A DNA stretch of 64,000 bases from Chrysemys picta bellii (taxonomy: Eukaryota). Below are positions 37,992-49,989 of the stretch, one piece after another. The first letter of the stretch is position 1, and every line of letters starts with the position of its first letter. Below the pieces are notes generated by a model. That model searched no databases, was not told the DNA's origin, and saw only the letters and a program-made list of their open reading frames with translations. The stretch lies in NCBI RefSeq assembly GCF_011386835.1, contig NC_088794.1:4898001-4962000 (forward strand), in the 5' to 3' direction. The position numbers and the translations under genes are program-made.

Positions 37992-38199
37992 GTTTCAGAG
38001 TAGCAGCCGTGTTAGTCTGTATCCGCAAAAAGAACAGGAGTACTTGTGGCACCTTAGAGACTAACAAATTTATTAGAGCATAAGCTTTCGTGGACTACAG
38101 CCCACTTCTGATATGCATCTGAAGAAGTGGGCTGTAGTCCACGAAAGCTTATGCTCTAATAAATTTGTTAGTCTCTAAGGTGCCACAAGTACTCCTGTT
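37992..38199. mobile_element. Penelope-like hairpin insertion (duplicate of 23786-23993)
   Basis: TSD CTCCTTTTTGCAG at 37979-37991 and 38200-38212. Arms appear perfectly complementary. Confidence 0.85.
38115..38154 (+). ncRNA. Minimal type I hammerhead ribozyme motif, intact core
   Basis: GCAU/AUGC helix I, CUGAAGA core, extra A, 6 bp helix II, GAAA, palindromic AGCU helix III, predicted cleavage after CUU (38150). Confidence 0.72.
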
Positions 38200-38820
38200 C
38201 TCCTTTTTGCAGCCTGCCCTGACGTTGGCATTTTCAGTGAGTTCTGCCCCAGGCACCTCCGGGTCACAGGAGGCAGAGAAACCAGGTGGAGGATTTATGA
38301 GCATGACTCCTGGAGGAAATAGGGGCATAGTGTTTCCTGGGCAAAAACTTGGGGTGACAGACTTGGGAGTTTCTGAATACAGAGATTGCTGGCTGTTGGT
38401 TGTTTCTACTGCTGTTCAGGGAAGCAGGACTTTGTGTACATTCTTTGTAACCCCTCCCACATGGATTATACCAAAGAATAGTGCTGACTTGGATCATCAA
38501 TTTTTCCTCCTAACACAATCAACCCTGCAATGCCTCACAGGTTGACAAAACTTACGAGAAGGGGGCACCAACATTCCCTGGAGCACTGATAATGCCAGGA
38601 AAGCCTGAACACTGGTGGAGGATAATTTCTGCTTCCATAGTGGAGAAGGGAACATTCGAAAAGATTTCAGTCTCCACAAAAAAATAACCCTTTGTGGATC
38701 AGCTCTACACAGTACCCAACTTGCACTAAAAACAGCAGGATGAAATCTACCCCAAACATCATACTCTGTAACTCTGGTAGAAATGGAATCATTTAATAAC
38801 ACAGTAGAAAAGAGTAGGTC

Positions 38821-39043
38821 AAATTAATCCCCAGGGCACCAATTACACTGAGGTGGCTTTGGTTCACTGAACGCATTTATTAGGTGTTATGGCTCTTTGA
38901 GCTCAGGTATTCCCAGTTGCTCCAGGAATCATGTCCCACAGATCAAACATCTCAGTATAAAATTTCCCGAATGCTCCAAATTGGCAGTTTCTATTGATGG
39001 GGAAATGCCACCACATCGCTCTCTCTCTTCTCAGCAGGTACGT
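38821..39043 (+). promoter_or_regulatory. Candidate OR promoter and exon 1 (copy 4)
   Basis: TCCCCAGGGC 38828-38837, TATAAAA 38956-38962, initiator-like A at 38986, donor 39038. Confidence 0.55.
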
Positions 39044-39728
39044 GCGATTGTCCTGAATTACAGTCACACGCAGACACCATGGTGATCAGCAGGTATTGAA
39101 TTCAAGACCTCAGGCACTTAATGCCTCAGTCCCAACTCCTACCACTTCAGCTAAAGGAGCGACCTCCTTGGTTGGAAAAAATAGGCAATTATCTAGTCAC
39201 TGAAGCCAGTGCTTTCCCTTATGTCTCTGGGTTTTCATACAGGCTAAAGTAAATGCCAAAAAGCTTAATTAGCACAGTAAGCAAGTCTTACCCCAAACCG
39301 ACATGCCAAGCCACAGAGCTCACCTTGCCCAAAGAGGGTAGAAAGATTGAGACTCCTTTACTCTCACCTCTTTTTTGAGTTTACACATAATCTCCTCACA
39401 CTGAAAAAATTTTCAACCTGTTTCTCTTACAGCAGAGCCACAAGTCACTACTTGCTGCTCAGATACGTGAACAGGAGTGTTTGTCTGTGGGGCATGATTA
39501 ACCTGTGTGTCATTGTATTTACGCAGTGTCTATGTTATCATACAACTGGAATGACCAGCTGTGAACATCTGGCTGTGTGGACTAAGCCCTTCCCTGAGCG
39601 GGTACTGATGTCCATTGAGAAACTGATCTCCATTTATCTTCACTTACTTCATCACAGAGAAGAGACAGGTTTTCCGCACCTTTCACCTGCCCAAATCTCT
39701 GTAGCTGCCAGATCTCTGTTCAGAGGAG

Positions 39729-40667
39729 ATGGAAAAGGGAAATCACTCGGAGGCGACTGAGTTCATTCTCTCAGGACTGACAGATCGTCCGGAGCTGCAG
39801 GTCCCCCTGTTTCTGGTGTTCCTACTGATTTATGGTATCACCCTGGTGGGGAACGGAGGGATGATCTTGTTAATCATCATTGATCCACGACTGCACACCC
39901 CCATGTACTTTTTCCTCAGTAATTTGTCTTTCTGTGACCTCTGCGTTTCTTCAATAATTTCCCCTAAAATGCTGCTGAATTTCTTAGGCGAGAGGAAAAG
40001 TATTTCTTACACTGCCTGCGCTGTGCAAATGTATCTCTGTATCATTTCTTCAGATGTTGTGTGCCTCTTGCTGGCTGTGATGGCGTATGACCGTTATGTG
40101 GCCATCTGTAACCCGCTGCTCTATACGGTCACCATGTCCAGGCAGCTTTGTAACCAGCTAGTGGCTGTGGTGTATGCTGTGGGGATGGTGGATTCAATGA
40201 TACACACGTGGCTTACATTTCGGCTGTCATTCTGCAGCTCCAACATCATCAATCATTTCTTCTGTGACATCCCCCCACTGTTGGTGCTCTCCTGTTCTGA
40301 CACCCGCATCAATGAGATTGTGATGTTTGCCTTCATTGGCTGCATTACGGTGATCTGTTTTGTGCCTGTCCTCCTCTCCTATGTCTATATCATCTCCACC
40401 ATCCTGCAGATCCGCTCTGCCGAGGGCCGGCGCAAAGCCTTCTCCACCTGCTCTTTCCACTTGACCGCTGTAGTCCTGTTTTATGGCATCCCACTTTTCA
40501 TGTATTTACGTCCCCCCTCCAGCTATTCCATGGACATAGACAAAGTGGCCTCAGTGTTTTACACACTGGTGATCCCCATGTTGAACCCCCTCATCTACAG
40601 CCTGAGGAACACGGAGGTGAAGGATGCCCTGAGGAAAGCAATGAATAAACTCCTAACCAATTCTTGA
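39729..40667 (+). CDS. Olfactory receptor OR5-like, intact 312 aa (OR copy 4, recent duplicate of copy 3)
   Basis: Full motif set. About 6 aa differences from copy 3. Confidence 0.97.
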   Translation: MEKGNHSEATEFILSGLTDRPELQVPLFLVFLLIYGITLVGNGGMILLIIIDPRLHTPMYFFLSNLSFCDLCVSSIISPKMLLNFLGERKSISYTACAVQMYLCIISSDVVCLLLAVMAYDRYVAICNPLLYTVTMSRQLCNQLVAVVYAVGMVDSMIHTWLTFRLSFCSSNIINHFFCDIPPLLVLSCSDTRINEIVMFAFIGCITVICFVPVLLSYVYIISTILQIRSAEGRRKAFSTCSFHLTAVVLFYGIPLFMYLRPPSSYSMDIDKVASVFYTLVIPMLNPLIYSLRNTEVKDALRKAMNKLLTNS

Positions 40668-42076
40668 AGCTGCTAAACTCAGTACTCGTTTAGTGGTGGG
40701 GAGTGGAAACGGGTGAATTCAATTCAGATCCCATTGCAATGTAATTTCGCAGAGCCTATGGTCGTATTGTTCCTTATTCTATTGTTATTATTATTAATTT
40801 GTTTGTATTGTAACAAGGTCTGCAGGCCCCAACTGCGATCAGTGGACAAAACACTGGAAGCATCGCAGGGCCAGAAAGAGATAACTATTCTATAGACTGG
40901 TGGCTAGGTTATCCATACCGAGCATGCCAGGTCCCTCCCAATTCTTTTGTTAATTTTACTTATTTCCTATAACTTATACTCCGTGAAACAGAGTGCAATG
41001 TTGCATCCCATAATGCTTTATAGAAATATGCGTATGACTGTAAATATGACAAACTGGAATATGTTTTATGTCAGATAGGCCATGTAACATATCTCTGCAG
41101 AGGTTATGATGTACAGGATATATTCATCCAGTTTTGGTTGCATCTATCATTTTTCTATTCAATGTTATGGATATTATCTGTGTACTTGTTTGATTTTAAG
41201 TAGCCTCAGTGAAGAAGTTGTTCAGATTCTTGAGAAAAGATAATTTTCAGTAACTGCTCAGTCAAGAAACACTAAAGCTAACAATGAACTTTGAGAGACG
41301 CCAATCCACATCTGAGCTTTCCTGGGAATCTGGCGTCAGCCTGTGAGGAACTGAGTCATGCATGGACATGTGACTTACCCATGTGACTCCAAAACTCCAT
41401 CTTGGACCTGGATTATGCATAGGAGATGGAAGGGGTTTCCATCCACAAAGAGAGAGACTATATAAGCCCCTAGGAGACCCCTCCATTTTGTCTTCAGCTG
41501 GCACCTCAAGGAGATGCCTGAAAGAAACTTGAACAAAGGACAGTAACTACAGGGATGTGAGTGATTGCTGGACCCAGACTAGGAGGAAGTCTAGTCCATA
41601 AAAGAGGCTTATTGGAATATCTCTGAAGATGAGATTTACCTGCATTTAGTTTTTACTGTATTAGGCTTAGACTCACGTATTTTATTTTATTTTGTTTGGT
41701 AATTTACTTTATTCTGTCTTTTATTACTTGGAACCACTTAAATCCTACTTTTTGTATTTAATAAAATCACTTTTTACTCATTAATTAATGCAGAGTAAGT
41801 GATTAATACCTGGGGAAAGCAAACAGCTGTGCATCTCTATCAGTATTATAGAGGGCGAACAATTTATGAGTTTAAACCGTATAACCATTATACCAGGATT
41901 CTCAAACTCAAATGACCACGAGGGCCACATGAAGACTAGTACATTAGCCTGAGGGCTGCATTTACTGACACCTCCCCTCCGCCACCCTCGGTTTCAGAGT
42001 AGCTGCCGTGTTAGTCTGTATCCGCAAAAAGAACAGGAGTACTTGTGGCACCTTAGAGACTAACACATTTATTAGA

Positions 42077-42116
42077 GCATAAGCTTTCGTGGGCTACAGC
42101 CCACTTCTTCAGATGC
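42077..42116 (-). ncRNA. Minimal type I hammerhead ribozyme motif, intact core
   Basis: Reverse complement reads GCAU CUGAAGA A GUGGGC UGUA GCCCAC GAAA GCU U|AUGC. Confidence 0.72.
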
Positions 42117-42425
42117 ATAGAATGGAACATATATTGAGGAGATATATGAAAAAAAACTTTTGAAGTGACAATCAAGATAGCCCAGTACAGACAGTTTGAT
42201 AAGGAGTGTGAGAATACTTACAAGGGTAGATAGATTCAATGTTTGCAATGGCTCAGCCATTCCCAGTCCTTATTCAATCCTAAATTGAATAATCAGTACT
42301 ATCACTTCAAAAGTTTTTTTTCATTTACTTAATTGGCCTCTCAGAGTTGGTAAGACAACTCCCACCTGTTCATGCTCTCTGTATATGTGTATATATATCT
42401 CCTCAATATATGTTCCATTCCATAT

Positions 42426-42465
42426 GCATCCGAAGAAGTGGGCTGTAGCCCACGAAAGCTTATGC
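42426..42465 (+). ncRNA. Hammerhead motif variant with CCGAAGA core (U4C); similar variant at 28084-28123
   Basis: Same fold, non-consensus U-turn residue. Confidence 0.45.
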
Positions 42466-43992
42466 TTTAATAAATTTGTTAGTCTCTAAGGTGCCACAAG
42501 TACTCCTGTTCTTTTTACCTTAGGGAAGTTCCATATCAAGTTGGGAAGCAAACAATGAGTATCTTCAGCTGCCTTAAGAGACGGCCTCCCCCACCACAGA
42601 GATACCTGCAAGCACCAGGAAAGAAAAGGACTGTAACCACAGGGGTGGGTGAGAACAGGCGGGACCCAGGTCAGAAAAGATATCTGTCCTGAGAAAGATT
42701 TTACCTGAAGTAACCACCAGGGTGAGAAGTTAACATTTGCAGTTGATTTCTGAGTGTATTAAGCTTAGACTTGCATGTTTTGTTTTATTTTGCTTGGTGG
42801 CTTACTTTGTTCAGTCTGTTCCTACGTAAATCCTACTTTTATCCTTAATATAATCACTTTTGTTGATTTGTAAACGCAACATAAATAATTGTTACCTGGG
42901 GGGGCAAAAGCTCTGAATATCTCTCTATCCGTGATATAGAGGGTGAACATTTATCATTTTACCCAGGATAAGCTTTATACAGAGTAAAATTACTTTATTT
43001 GGGGTTTAGATCCCATTGGGAGCTGGGTGTCTGCGTGGTGGAGACAGGTCTCCTCCTGAGGTGGATTTAATCTAGATCTGCAGCTTTGGGGGCGTGACCC
43101 AGAGACTGGGTCTGTCGTGAAGCAGGCTAGTGTGTCTGGTTCAACAAGGCAGGGTTCTGCGGGCCCAGGCTGGCAGGGAAAATGGGCTCAGAGGTAATTT
43201 CAGCACATCGCGTGACAGTCCCAATGGGGGTGTCTGTGACTGAAATGGTCACACTCTGCACTTGAGTTTCCTGCATTTCCAGAAAGTATCCCAGCCCCTG
43301 AGTGCTGTGCTATTCCAGTCTGGGTTGCTCTCAATCTCTCCTTTCAAAGTTGTTCTACTGTGGATAACTCATTAAATAACCATTGGAACACAGAGGTGAA
43401 GTTCAGGACTGCACCAGGCACCAGGCACCTCCGGCTCAGAGGAGGCACAGAAGCCAGGAGGATGAGTTATGAGCATCACTCCTAGAGAAAGGAGTTGTGA
43501 GCATGACTCCTAGAGGAAGTAGGGGCATAGTGTTTCCTGGGTACAGACCTGGAGGGACAGACATGGGAGTTTCTGAATACAGAGATTGCTGGCTGTTGGT
43601 TGTTTCTACTGGTGTTCAGGGAAGCAGGACTTTGCGTATATTCTTTGTGACTCCCTCCCCCACAGATTATACCAAAGAATAGAGCTGACTTGGATCATCA
43701 ATTTGTCCTCCTATACAATCAACCTTGCAATGCACTGATAATGCCAGCCAAGCCTACACACCCGTGGAGGATAATTTCTGCTACCATAGTGAAGAAGGGA
43801 ACAGTCATCACTGGGCCTGCCATGGATCTCCTTGTGGGGAGGTGATGACCACAATGTCCTTGTGCATCTGCAGCCATGGATCAGTGCATGGGCCCATCCC
43901 TGTGGTGACCTCACCCTTTCATGTCATTCGGACACTACTGTCAGCCAGCACCGCACCTTTGCTGTTACTGGGATAGTTTCTAGGTTGGTGGC

Positions 43993-44924
43993 TGTGACAT
44001 ACAGGGTCCAACCCAGACTAATCAGCAGCTGTGTCACACCTGCCTGCAACCTGGCAATGCCTTGCTGAAGGGGCTTCCACCTGGGTCACTCACAAACAAC
44101 CGTCAAGCATGCGAATCATACCCTGAGCATGTGTGTGTAACTGCAGTCTGGCCAGGAATAGCTGGGTTACACTCAGGCTCTCACCACCCTTGGTTATACT
44201 GCAGGGTGACCCCAACACACTCCCCAGTCTTCTATTTCCCTCCCGAAATGTACGTCCTGTGCTGCCCAGTCCTCTCCTGGACAATACAAGCTACATTGTC
44301 CATTTTTCTTTAGTAGCACTAATATCCATGCAACTTAGCTTCTCAGACACTTTAAACACACTGGATTAGATTCATTGACTACAAATATAGATTTTAAGTG
44401 AGTGTAAATCTGGAGGTATAGAAGTCAGACATGGTTACAAGAAAAATAAAGTTAGAATGTCACTGGTGCCTAAGTTAACAAATGATGAGAAATTCAAAGC
44501 AAAAGTTTCCTCACCACATGCTTCCAGCCGTCTTACTGACCAAACTTCTTAGGTCAGGACCCCTCACCAAGTTCAAGGGCTGCTTCCTTTATCCCTTCAG
44601 ATGCAGTGAATCAATGGGCAGAGGCAGAGAGAGCGGTGCTTTGGGATGTCTGCTCCCTTTTTGTGTAGTCATATCCCCCCTTTGAGAAACATTTTCACCT
44701 GGTTACCAGGAGACAAAAGCTCTATGTAGAAGGATGTTCCCTGCTGCTTTTTCCTCACCTTTTGGGGATTCCTTTGTTTCCCTTCCTGCTTGATGACTCT
44801 GGTTACTGTTTAGATACAAAATTAAGCAGCACACACATTTCTTTGTGTAAGACAGAGCCGTTTGCCAGCCTGAGTCTGGAACACATAGTAATAACCAGAT
44901 ACGTTGTAATTTTATAACTTCACA
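43993..44924 (-). mobile_element. Solo LTR family 1
   Basis: Duplicate of 31255-32207. Confidence 0.75.
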
Positions 44925-44926
44925 TC

Positions 44927-45739
44927 CAGGAGCCCCTCACTTAACGTTGTAGTTCTGTTCCTGAAAAATGCGACTTTAAGTGAAACGATGTTAAGCGAAT
45001 CCAATTTCCCCATAAGAATTAATGTAAATAGGGTGGTTAGGTTCCAGGGAATTTTTTTTTTTGCCAGACAAAAGGCATTATATACATTTTAAACAATTTT
45101 AAACAAGCAATTTAATACAGGTATAAGTTAAAAAAATGTTAAAGAAACAATTTGATACTACAATCATCATTGCTGAGTATGAAGCAATGGGAGGGGCCCC
45201 CACCTAACCCCACACAGGCACAGCCCAGTGGCACTGCAGACAACGAGGCAGGCAAGGAGCCTGAAGTTGCCGTAGGTAGGAGAAGCAGGTTGCACAGCAC
45301 CAGCGGCAGCTTCCCCTACTGTGCAAGCACCAGGTGTGGGGGGGCTTAACCCTCGGCCCACCCACTCCACCCCTTCCCCCAAGACCCCACCCTTAAGCCG
45401 CCTGTTCTCCCCCCACCTCCTCCCCTTTTACTCCACACGCCGCATCCTCGCTTCTACCCAAACCTCCACTGACTTCTGAACGCCGCAAACCAGCTGATTG
45501 CCATGGGCTGAAGGTGGAGGGAGCAGGGAGAAGATGCTGATCTATGCAGTCTGCTGATGGGAGGCATTGCAGAGGCGGAGGGGAGCTGATAGGTGGGCTG
45601 CCAGCTGTGGACAAAGCAGGCAGCCAAACAACGTTATAGCGGAGGATTGCACAACTTTAAACGAGGAGGTTCTGCAATGGAGCAGCGACGTAAGATCAAA
45701 ACAACGATAAGCAAGAGGATGTTAAGTGGAGAGTTACTG
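44927..45739. mobile_element. Tigger-like MITE
   Basis: Duplicate of 32210-33019. Confidence 0.78.
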
Positions 45740-46644
45740 TACATTATCAAAAATATTGTAATAATATTTACAATGAGACCATGACTATTTCTAATGGACT
45801 CATAGCTTTATTTAGCATCTTAAAGCTGAGCTCTGTGTGCAGATAATAGGCATGCAAGAGGGATAGTTTTGTGAACTGCAAAAGTCCGTAGCATGCTGTG
45901 GTCTCCTCCTGAGCTCCTCTGCTCATCATGTGTTCTCCATCAGCAAAATGAGTGAACCTATCCTTCCTACTTTGGGGAGTAACCTAGCAAGGGAAGGACA
46001 AAGCATACCATGGTGATTGGCATGCTATACATAGCTAGATAATCTGGGATACTCTTACATGTCTTACAGGTTTTACATTCCACCTATTGGGGCTGGGAGA
46101 ATGAGGTTATTCTGAAACCAGGAATGACTGAGAAGATATCAGCTACAGTGCAAACAATTAGTACGTTTCAACTGTATCTAACTTTCTGTTCCTTTGATTC
46201 CAAATTTATTGGTAAGACTGGTTGAAAATTTTTTCCATGATATTCTCATTTCCCTGGAAATTATCAGCTTTCCATCAAAATACCAAACTCCCCTCCTCCC
46301 TAAACCATGGCTGTGGGACTCTGGTGAAGTTCCAGGGCAGTTCAGCAGGAGGAGAGACCATCATGCATCATGGGAGGGGTGTAGTTCAGCCTGGGAGCCT
46401 GGCCCATGGAAGAGATTGGTGGTGTGTGGTTTCTGAGTCACCCCCATGGTATTTCCGAGTCAAAATATTAAGTTCTTAGAAAAAGAATTCGGTTTGCACA
46501 AAAAACAAAAAACAAAAACCCTTTGTGGATCAGTTCTACCCAACTTGCACTGAAAACAGCAGGATGAAATATACCCCTAACCTCATACTCTGTAACTCTG
46601 GTAGAAATTGCATCATTTAATAACTCAGGAGGAAAGAGTGGGGC

Positions 46645-46863
46645 GAGCTAATCCTCAGGGCATCAATTACACCAAGGTGGCTTTGGTTCACTGAACGCAT
46701 TTATTAGGTGTTATGGCTCTCGGAGCTCAGGTATTCCCAGTTGCTTCAGGAATCATGTCCCACAGATCACACATCTCAGTATAAAACTTTCCAAATGCTC
46801 CAAACTGGCAGTTTCTGTCACTGGGGAAAGGCCACCACATCTCTCTCTTCTCAGCAGGTACGT
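46645..46863 (+). promoter_or_regulatory. Candidate OR promoter and exon 1 (copy 5)
   Basis: TCCTCAGGGG 46652-46661, TATAAAA 46780-46786, initiator-like A at 46810, donor 46858. Confidence 0.55.
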
Positions 46864-47489
46864 GCTATTATCCTGAATTACAGTCACACACACATATACA
46901 GACATCATGGTGATCAGCAGGTATTGAATTCAAGACCTCCAGCACTTAACGCCTCAGTCCCTATTCCTACCCCTTCAGCTAAAGGAGCGACTTCCTTGGT
47001 TGGAAAAAATAAGCAATTACATAGTCACTGAAGCCAGTGCTTTCCATTATGTCTCTGGGTTTTCCTACAGGCTAAAGTAAATGCCAAAAAGTTTAATTAG
47101 CACAGTAAGCAAGTTTACTCCCAACTGACATGCCAAGCCACAGAGCTCCCCTTGCCCGAAGAGGGTAGAAAGATTGACATTCCTTTACTCTCACCCCTTC
47201 TTTAGCCAAAAAATAATCTCTTCAGACTGAAACAATTTCACCCTGATTCTCTCACAACAGAGTCACAAATCTCGCTTTGCTGCTTGGATTAGTGAACAGG
47301 AGTGTCCGTGTGTGGGGCATGATTAACCTGTGTCATTGTATTTATGCAGTGTGTATTTTATCGAACAACTGGAATGACACGCTGTGAACATCTGGCTTTG
47401 TGAACTAAACCCTTCCTGGAGCGAGTACTGATGTCCATTAAGAAACTGATCTCCATTTATCTTCACTGTCAGATCTCTGTTCAGAGGAG

Positions 47490-48428
47490 ATGGAAAAGGG
47501 AAATCACTCGGAGGTGACTGAGTTCATTCTCTCAGGACTGACAGATCATCTGGAGCTGCAGATTCCCCTGTTTGGGGTGTTCCTACTGATTTATGGTATC
47601 ACCCTGGTGGAGAATGGGGGGATGATCTTGTTAATCATGACTGATCCCCGACTCCACACCCCCATGTACTTTTTCCTCAGTAATTTGTCTTTCTGTGACC
47701 TCTGTTTTTCCTCGATAATTTCCCCTAAGATGCTGCTGAATTTCATAGCCGAGAGGAAAAACATTTCTTACACTGCCTGTGCCGTGCAAATGAATCTCTC
47801 TGTCATTTTTACAGATGTTGAGTGCCTGTTGCTGGCTGTGATGGCGTATGACCGTTATGTGGCCATCTGTAACCCGCTGCTCTATATGGTCACCATGTCC
47901 AGGCAGCTATGTAAACAGCTGGTGGTTGGGATGTACGCTGTGGGGTTGGTGGATTCAATCATACAAACATGTTTTACATTTCGGCTGTCATTCTGCAGCT
48001 CCAACATTGTCAAACATTTCTTCTGTGACATCCCCCCACTGCTGGCACTCTCCTGTTCCGACACCCGCATCAATGAGATTGTGATCTTTGCTTTCACATG
48101 CTGCATTACAGTGAGCAGCTTTGTGACTGTCCTCCTCTCCTATGTCTATATCATCTCCACCATCCTGCAGATCCGCTCCGCCGAGGGACGGCGCAAAGCC
48201 TTCTCCACCTGCTCTTTCCACTTGACCTCTGTGGTCCTTCTTTTTGGCACAGTCCTCTTCATGTATTTACGTCCCACCTCCAGCTATTCCATGGACACGG
48301 ACAAAGTAGCCTCAGCGTTTTACACGCTGGTGATCCCCATGTTGAACCCCCTCATCTACAGCCTGAGGAACACTGAAGTGAAGGACGCTCTGAGGAAAAC
48401 CCTGAATAAACTCCTAACCAATTCTTGA
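47490..48428 (+). CDS. Olfactory receptor OR5-like, intact 312 aa (OR copy 5)
   Basis: Full motif set. The TM1 GN motif reads EN. Confidence 0.96.
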   Translation: MEKGNHSEVTEFILSGLTDHLELQIPLFGVFLLIYGITLVENGGMILLIMTDPRLHTPMYFFLSNLSFCDLCFSSIISPKMLLNFIAERKNISYTACAVQMNLSVIFTDVECLLLAVMAYDRYVAICNPLLYMVTMSRQLCKQLVVGMYAVGLVDSIIQTCFTFRLSFCSSNIVKHFFCDIPPLLALSCSDTRINEIVIFAFTCCITVSSFVTVLLSYVYIISTILQIRSAEGRRKAFSTCSFHLTSVVLLFGTVLFMYLRPTSSYSMDTDKVASAFYTLVIPMLNPLIYSLRNTEVKDALRKTLNKLLTNS

Positions 48429-48833
48429 ATCTGTTTAACTCAGTACTGGTTTAGTGATGGGGAGTGGAAACAGATGAATTCAATTCCCGGGCCATTGCAA
48501 TATAATTTCGCAAAGCCCGTGGTAGTATTTTTCATTATTGTATTGTTATTATTATTAATTTGTTTGTATTCCAACAAGGTCTGCCGGCCCCAACTGAGTG
48601 TAGTGAACAAAACACGGGAAGCATCACAAACCAAAGAGAGAGAATGATTCTTTAGGCTGGTTGCTAGGGGTATCAACCTAGAGGGTGAGATGCTCAACTT
48701 CACGTCTCTGTTTCAAGGGTTATTTAATTAGTTAGCCACAGTAGAACAAAGATTGAGAGCAACCCAGACTGGAAGAGCACGTGACTCAGGGGCTGGGATG
48801 CTTTCTGGAAATGCAGGAAACCCAAATGCATAG

Positions 48834-49757
48834 TATGACAGGTTCGGTCACAGAGTTCCTTATTGGAACTGTCACCTGATGTGCTGAAATTACCTCTGAT
48901 CCTGTTTTCCCTGCTAGCCTGGGTCTCCAGAACCCTGCCTTGTTGAGCCAGACATGCTAGCCTGCTGCAACACAGACCCAGGGTCTGGGCCACACCCTCA
49001 AAGCTGCAGATCTAGACTGAAACCAGCTCAGCAGGACACCTGTCTCCAGCACGCAGACACCCAGCTCCCAATGGGATCTAAACCCCAAATAAATCCGTTT
49101 TACTCTCTATAAAGCTTAGTAAGGGTAACATGATAAATGCTCACCCCCTATATCACTGCAAGAGAGCTATGCACAACTGTTTGCCACCCCCCTAGGTAAC
49201 AATTACTTACACTGTGTTTATAAATAAACAAAAGTGATTTTATTAAGTATAAAAAGTAGGATTTAAGTGGTTCTAAGTAGTAACAGACAGAACAAAGTAA
49301 GTCACAAAGCAAAATAAAACAAAACATTCAAGGCTAAGCTTAGTACACTGAGAAATCAGTTACAAATGTTAACTTCTCACCCCAGTTGTTACTTCAGGTA
49401 AAATCTTTCTCAGGTCAGTTGCCTTTTCTGACCTTGGTTTAGCCTGTTCTCACCCACCCCTGTGGTTACAGTCCTTTTGTTTCCAGGTATCTCTGTGGGG
49501 TGGGGAGCCTGTCTCTTAAGCCATCTTGAGACACTCATTGTTTCATAGAATTATAGAATATCAGGGTTGGAAGGGACCTCAGGAGGTCATCTAGTCCAAC
49601 CCGCTGCTCAAAGCAGGACCAATCCCCAGACAGATTTTTGCTCCAGATCCCTAAATGGCCCCCTTAAAGATTGAACTCACAACCCTGGGATTAGCAGGCC
49701 AATACTCGAACCGCTGAGCTATCCCTCCCCCCACTTTATATAGAACTTCCCGAAGGC
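48834..49757 (-). mobile_element. LTR family 2, truncated, with nested SINE
   Basis: Homologous to 26879 and 59048 copies and preceded by CATAG. Confidence 0.72.
49543..49731 (-). mobile_element. Tortoise Pol III/SINE (tRNA-derived head plus CR1-derived 3' tail)
   Basis: Reverse complement reads GGGGAGGGATAGCTCAGCGG (box A) ... GAGTTCAATC (box B) ... GGACTAGATGACCTCCTGAGGTCCCTTCCAACCC..ATTCTATAATTCTATG, a CR1-like tail. Confidence 0.88.
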
Positions 49758-49989
49758 AGAAATTGATAAGGCAGAATAAATTGATAAGCCCCGGCACTGG
49801 CACGGGCAACACAGGTGAGAAGAGAAAAGGGTTTTTGTCAGTCCCGAATCAAGCACGGGCAACACAGAATTTTAGAGTGATTAGAAATACCAACCAAAGA
49901 TCTTAAATACAAAATATTCAGACAAAATTTGTCCTCTATAGACAATGCTCAGGCAGAACCAAAAAAGCTGCTGTGTATACAAGAGATTA

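Larger units (their letters stand above)
41991..42515. mobile_element. Penelope-like element (inverted duplicate of 27617-28209)
   Basis: GTTTCAGAG end at 41991 and inverted arms. Confidence 0.85.
40920..43406 (-). other. Inverted segment (reverse complement of unit A 26726-30575 with internal deletions); contains family 2 LTR pieces and a Penelope element
   Basis: Direct reverse-complement match at both ends and internally. Confidence 0.9.
33905..46624 (+). repeat. Tandem segmental duplication, unit B (12.72 kb)
   Basis: Same start and end as unit A. Shorter because of inversion-associated deletions. Confidence 0.93.

Noticed and set aside
49680-49731. tRNA-like sequence
   Set aside because: It is the SINE head fused to a CR1 tail and has no complete cloverleaf, so it is not a tRNA gene.
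49795-49870. Possible primer-binding site and direct repeat GCACGGGCAACACAG ahead of gag
   Set aside because: It could not be matched confidently to a tRNA 3' end, and no adjoining sense-strand LTR is present.
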